Below, one piece after another: positions 8,622 to 13,177 of a DNA stretch of 13,177 nt. This DNA is from Zygophlyctis sp. KS116. Taxonomy: Eukaryota > Fungi > Chytridiomycota. The DNA is taken from contig BAAFSQ010000275.1 in NCBI GenBank assembly GCA_054661495.1, forward strand, positions 1-13,177, in the 5' to 3' direction. The notes beneath the pieces are model-generated. The model searched no databases. It was not told the origin of the DNA and saw only the letters and a list, made by a program, of their open reading frames with translations. Position numbers and translations under genes: made by a program. Every line of letters begins with the position of its first letter. The stretch's first letter is position 1.

Positions 8622-8665
8622 AAGTTCACTAGTTAATAACTAGTGAACTTATAACTAGTAGTTAT
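8622..8665. repeat. Two abutting perfect palindromes (14-bp arms 8622-8635/8637-8650; 7-bp arms 8651-8657/8659-8665)
   Basis: AAGTTCACTAGTTA-A-TAACTAGTGAACTT is followed directly by ATAACTA-G-TAGTTAT. Confidence 0.9.
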
Positions 8666-9545
8666 GTCGTCCTCTGGCAAATTTTTGTACTCTGTACTAT
8701 TGAACAGGATATCTTTAAATGCCGGGGGAATGCTTTTTAAATATTCGAATGCAGCCAACCATACGGAATTTCTTACGATTAGTTCTGGACAATGTTTTTT
8801 AAGGCTTCCTTTGTCAATGCCCTTGTGATAATTTTGAACTTTGTTTTTATCAACCAAGATATAGCGCAAAGTGTCAGGCAAGTCTTTTAAATTACTTGGT
8901 AGAGATCGAGCAATTTCATTCACATCCTGTTTCAGTGTGATAGAGTTTCCAGAGGATGCAAATGAACCCTTTTGTAATCTTTTCATTGATATGAATGCAC
9001 GAGCGGGAGATAATAGAATTCTTTCTGCCAGTGTAAGTTTTTTCAAACAATCAGGTTGATATGAACTTACAAATCCCATATTGTAAAGTGACATTTTTGG
9101 GATTTTTTTTGTATTAAGTGCATTTTGACACATATTACAGACTGTATATTCTTCCAAAACCCGATTCAATAGAACATGATCTATAATGGAGAGTTGGCTT
9201 GGCGATAGTTTGCTTTTTGTCGAATTCATTTCATTCGTAAACTTTACCATTCCACAAAGGTTACAAGCGCCTGCATACATATGATCTTCTTTATCCAAGT
9301 CGTCGTAAAAATTCTTGGCAATTATCCTGTAATGATCGATAGAGTGACAGATAGGTGGCGAATCACTTTTTCCTTTATATTTTCTGTCAAGTAAATCATT
9401 ATTGATGAAGTTTTCTGTTTCAATTAGACCTAGATTAACTACTTAATTATTTATTCATAATACTCACCATGATGTATATCTTTGAGTTCCTGATTTATGA
9501 GTGATTCCACTTTTTTATCTTCTCTGAATATTTGATGAGTTCCAT
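8633..9545 (-). mobile_element. Helitron-type RepHel N-terminal fragment (DUF6570-like), truncated before the Rep and helicase domains
   Basis: Motifs ACNLCG, VCNMCQNAL..KKIPKMSLYN, PDCLKKLTLAERILLSP, GNSITLKQD..IARSLP..L.DLP and LIVRNSVWLAAFEYLK..P.FKDI are typical of the domain upstream of Helitron Rep. The frame extends upstream of 9298 through a 38-nt intron (9430-9467, GTGAGT...TTAATCTAG). No HUH or Pif1 motifs are present. Confidence 0.78.
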
Positions 9546-9728
9546 TAGATGTTCAATTAAGTCCGCTTTAGCCCACTTGGATTTACCTCTTAATTCTTCT
9601 TGAAAAGATTTCAGTATGTCAGCTTTTCTTTTTTTTAAGAAAATCCTTTGTAGAATTCTGGCTTTTTAGATGGGGTTTTGTTGGACTTTTACTATAGTTG
9701 TTAATATACTTTACGATTCCGGTTAAAT

Positions 9729-9812
9729 TCACATGCTTTTAAAGGCTCCTTTAAGGAGCCGATCATAATTTGATCATAATCACATGTTTTTAAAGGGATC
9801 ACATGCTTTTAA
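9729..9812. repeat. Three TCACATG(C/T)TTTTAA direct repeats with an embedded GC-rich hairpin and two GATCATAAT copies
   Basis: Repeat copies at 9729-9742, 9780-9793 and 9799-9812. Hairpin GGCTCCTT-T-AAGGAGCC at 9744-9760. GATCATAAT at 9761-9769 and 9772-9780. Confidence 0.85.
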
Positions 9813-9834
9813 TGATTTATTTTTTTATAGAATT

Positions 9835-9983
9835 TGACGGCAGCTTGTTTGCGGTAGTCTTTTGGCAGGCTAACTTCTGACAAGTGCGGCAGGCTTTCTT
9901 CATACAATTTTGCGGCAGGCTTACATCATACAAATTTACGGCAACTTGTTTCACCTAAACAACTAACTCAAAACACTGCCGCA
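9835..9983. repeat. Degenerate TGCGGCAGGCTT repeat cluster (partly 26-nt period) with one inverted copy
   Basis: Copies start near 9835, 9850, 9861, 9885, 9911 and 9937. An inverted CTGCCGCA lies at 9976-9983. Confidence 0.8.
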
Positions 9984-10002
9984 CAATCTTTTAAAAATTA
10001 AT

Positions 10003-10985
10003 ATGAAACTTACAGCAGCTCAAAAAAGAAATGCATCCAATTTCTATAAAACTCAGTTGGATTTTCCAAATAATGTTAGCTCAATGAATTTTTCTTGGAT
10101 TGGAAGTGGAAACAAACCCATAGAATATTCTTTAATTTTGGATCAGGACAAAACAAGCGATACTGATTTCTCAGTATCTACTTTAACTATTGTTAGTACT
10201 ATATCATTAGTTGAATCTGACAATTACAAATCTTTTCTTCATCTTACTGGATTTGTCTGCCAATCCTGTAATGCGTTCAATTAACAGAAGAACAGAAACA
10301 CCTAAAAAGGTTTCCAAGGAAATCGTACCTTGCAAAACTCCACCAACATTTGATCTAGGTTTTTAAACAAATAAAAACACTTTGATAACATTTCTATTTA
10401 TAAGTCAATGAAATATACCTTGATCTATTTATAACTTGATTACTACTATTAATAATATAATATTACATATTTACAGCTTGTTAAAAATAAGAAATGTCCC
10501 AACCTACTGAACCCTTTTACAAACAACAACGGACCATTCATGGTATAGTGAATCAGCTGACTACCTGTATTATTATATTCAAATAATTACTAGTAACTGC
10601 TGCTGAAAGGCAACTGATGTGTTCACAGTTGAAGAATGTACACTTAAAATTTCTGTTAATATTAGAACCAAGAGGTATACCTTTAATATTTAATCCAAGT
10701 CTTGACTGCTCATCCAAAAAGGAATTAGGACAATTCGAAAACTATTCTTCTTGAACAACCAAACAGACCAACAAGCTATCCAAGAAACCTAAAGTATTAA
10801 CAGATTATTCAGAGCTTCACCGGTTTTTGGATTATGCAGCTAGCAAACTCCAACCATTAACAAACATAACAGATGTCGCTTTGGATACAACCTACAATAT
10901 AGATGAACTTATTCAAAGACTTACCGACACTTTAAAAGCGATCCATAACACGGAATGCGAAAATTCAAATAAAATTTTGACTTAG
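10003..10985 (+). pseudogene. Decayed coding remnant, possibly a Mutator/MULE-type transposase
   Basis: Contains a 93-aa ORF (10003-10284), an intron-like 25-mer at 10675-10699 and a stop-free stretch 10755-10985. The latter includes ITDVALDTTYN, which resembles the MULE first-Asp motif (hhhDxTYxTN). The rest of the DDE core is not visible. Confidence 0.3.
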
Positions 10986-11029
10986 GGAAAAGTATTATCA
11001 ATCACTATGTTAAGATAACTAAATTTCTT

Positions 11030-11480
11030 ACAAATTATCCTAAATTTAAATATACAGGACTTACCTGGACATCTCTAAAAGATAAATCAGCTTTGCTGAA
11101 CAAATAAAAAATGAATTGCCAGCAGATAACGTACATTCTCCTCAATTTTGGAAATAAATTTTGTTTTAAAATGTTTTTACTTTATGTATTATTATAACTT
11201 TTTATTCCCTTATTAATGAGCCCATTCCAAAATAATATCATTAGCTATTTCAAGTTTAGCCAAAACCTTTCATTAGTAAAATATAAATTACCTGCCTGTA
11301 ATTTTGTGGTATTAAAAACCTCCTGGCAAGATATTTTTTGATCCATTTCATTCCAGAAAGATAGGTGTAGCCAGAGACTTGATTTGATTTCTGAAGCATA
11401 TACAAAATTCCTATCATTAAACTATATATAATTACCCATGGCATGCTTCTCTTTTCCATTTTTAAATGAGATCACAATTT
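11030..11480 (-). pseudogene. Unidentified multi-intron gene relic
   Basis: Three 25-nt GT-AG intron-like segments on the minus strand (11411-11435; 11267-11291 with TACTAAT; 11040-11064 with GTAAGT). Splicing the first two gives ..NGKEKHAMGILYMLQKSNQVSGYTYLSGMKWIKKYLARRFLIPQNYRQVLAKLEIANDIILEWAH*, flanked by stops. Confidence 0.45.
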
Positions 11481-11658
11481 GCCTATATCATTAGAAATTG
11501 GTTTTATTTGTAATCAAGATATGTTTTATCCATAGAGAGTTGGATTTACTACGAAGTTATAGGTAACTATTACCAGTGCTCGTCACCTAACACTACCGCA
11601 ATGGGCCATAACTCTCCAACTTCTCTGTGGATTAAACATGTCTAGAAAACAACAACCA

Positions 11659-11725
11659 GATAAATCAGCGTATTGCTGGATAAATGAGCGTAAAGCTCGA
11701 TAAATGTACGTAAAGTACAATAAAT
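11659..11725. repeat. 20-nt minisatellite, about 3.3 diverged copies
   Basis: GATAAATCAGCGTATTGCTG / GATAAATGAGCGTAAAGCTC / GATAAATGTACGTAAAGTAC / AATAAAT. Confidence 0.8.
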
Positions 11726-12044
11726 AATAGATTACCTTTTCTCTTGTGTTGTTTTCATTTTTTTTTGACCCTTGTAGTTAAAACCCCGCGCTAGCGTGAT
11801 CAAATTAAAAAGCTTATTTAAATAAACTCCGCCGTGGCCTTATTGATTAACCACAAAACTAACCATGTGTGTGATCAACCTTGCCCCTAGACTCATCCTG
11901 CAATCAGTTAGTGAATGGGCTCATAGCTGATTTGTTCATTGAAATTAGAAACATATAATCATGATGAGGGATCTCTATTTTTGGGCTGCTGTGATGTTTG
12001 CGCGTCGAAAAAAAAATTCAATGTAGTGTAATTTATTATTGTTC

Positions 12045-12690
12045 TTAATATACTAACCCCTCAAGCGTATTTCGTTTATCAGTTCCAACCATCCCCTTGC
12101 AACCAAGAGTTCTAGGGTCAAGCAAATAGGCAAATCCCATAGATTCGGTGTGTAAGAAATTTGATAAAAATCGCCTACAAGATAACGAAGCCTGTATAGT
12201 TCTGAATTCCTTAACAAGTGCTCCACGACGTTTTATGAAGTTGGTAATATCAGCTGGCTCCCGAAGCGTCTTCTCGTATTCCTTTATTTCAAGAATGTCT
12301 TTTATCAGAAGGTATAAGACGTGAGCCCCAAAGCCATTAGCAAATATAATAGGATAATTAGATTCAATAAGTTTCCAAGCTGCTTGCATATTTGCAGCAT
12401 TGTCTGTAACAACCGATGATACTCTTTCCGGTCCAATTTCATCAACTATTTTTTTTAAATCTTCATAAATGCTTTTGCCTGTCTGAGATACTCCAGACGT
12501 ATCAATGGCCTTATCAAGAATAGGTTAAGTTAACCAAATGGTCATTCCTAATATTGCTCCAACCATCAGAAACGATTGACACCGTTTGAGCGTTTTGTAT
12601 TAAAGTGTTCATTTCATCATCCAATATTTTTGGTTGTTTTTTCTAAAAGTATAGTCCTTAACTTCTTAGAGGAAGGAGTAGCATTCTTTA
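12045..12690 (-). mobile_element. hAT-superfamily transposase remnant (DUF659 region), frameshifted and internally deleted
   Basis: Motifs PSSKKLRTILL, VSIVSDGWSNIRNDHLVN, AIDTSG..TG..I..L..IVDEIGPERVSSVVTDNAANMQAAW, GFGAHVLYLLIKDI (degenerate CxxH) and AYLLDPR. Frameshifts near 12630 and 12525; the TRW segment is missing. Confidence 0.88.
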
Positions 12691-12904
12691 GTCGAATTCC
12701 TATATGCATTCCGCCTTTGTGTAGGCCGAATCGGTGATCATGGTGATAATTACGTTGCAGGGTTAGGAATTAACGCTAGGCGCACAGAAACCATAAATAC
12801 TTTAGACTCTCTTATGCATTTACAAAAAGTCTTGCCAAGTCATATAAGAAAAGGTCTATTAAAGATTTAACAAAAAATAATACAAACACATTAGTTTTAT
12901 AACG

Positions 12905-13071
12905 TATACGTTGGGACGCAAGATTAACTCTTCACTGATCATAAGGCGCTCACACATTTACTGCATACAACTCATATTATTCCTAAGCTTAATCGTTGGA
13001 TTTTGATATTACTTTCTTACAGTATTGATCTCTATCATAAGCCAGGCGTGGACAACATAATGGCTGATTCT
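12905..13071 (+). mobile_element. Ty3/Gypsy LTR retrotransposon RNase H remnant
   Basis: YTLGRKI/LFTDHKALTHLL...PKLNRWILILLSYSIDLYHKPGVDNIMADS matches the TDH..L / RW / pG..N..AD signature. Frameshift near 12926; similarity ends at 13071. Confidence 0.85.
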
Positions 13072-13177
13072 TACGAAACCCCCGTAATTCGGGGAATCAT
13101 TTATTCAACAATTTCCATCCGGAACTCACATTAGTGTCATTCGACAAGTACAGGAAAATATGCAAAGGCAGACGCTG

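Noticed and set aside
1119-9059. Small track ORFs 1119..1322, 1562..1774, 1785..1967, 3309..3566, 3646..3840 and 8871..9059
   Set aside because: Alternate-frame or antisense overlaps of better supported coding regions; no recognisable motifs.
9835-9950. CRISPR-like array
   Set aside because: The repeats are short and degenerate with no unique spacers of constant length, there are no cas genes, and the context is eukaryotic.

Overview
AT-rich eukaryotic genomic DNA, standard genetic code, with uniformly tiny GT-AG spliceosomal introns (about 24-38 nt). These introns break real genes into the short ORFs of the six-frame track. An early-diverging fungus such as a chytrid is plausible but is inference only. 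The left half (about 836-7000) is very compact and holds four apparently intact spliced genes: an OafA/YrhL-type acyltransferase-3; a secretory or membrane protein with a C-terminal HMA (heavy-metal-associated, CxxC) domain that only appears after splicing; an Irc21/Ncb5or-type cytochrome b5 protein transcribed divergently only 46 bp away; and a 15-intron, about 809-aa protein with an N-terminal kinesin-fold domain lacking all ATPase motifs, followed by coiled coil and a Lys/Ser-rich tail. The best splice model of that last gene needs a 1-nt exon (A4274). The right half (about 7100-13177) is decayed: Phi-1/EXORDIUM-like and Mn-SOD pseudogene fragments, a Ulp1-protease remnant joined by palindromes to a Helitron-type DUF6570 fragment, short repeat clusters, intron-bearing gene relics, an hAT (DUF659) transposase remnant and a Ty3/Gypsy RNase H remnant. 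The first 254 bp look like the end of an hAT-type element. All family calls come from manual motif recognition; no database searches were run.
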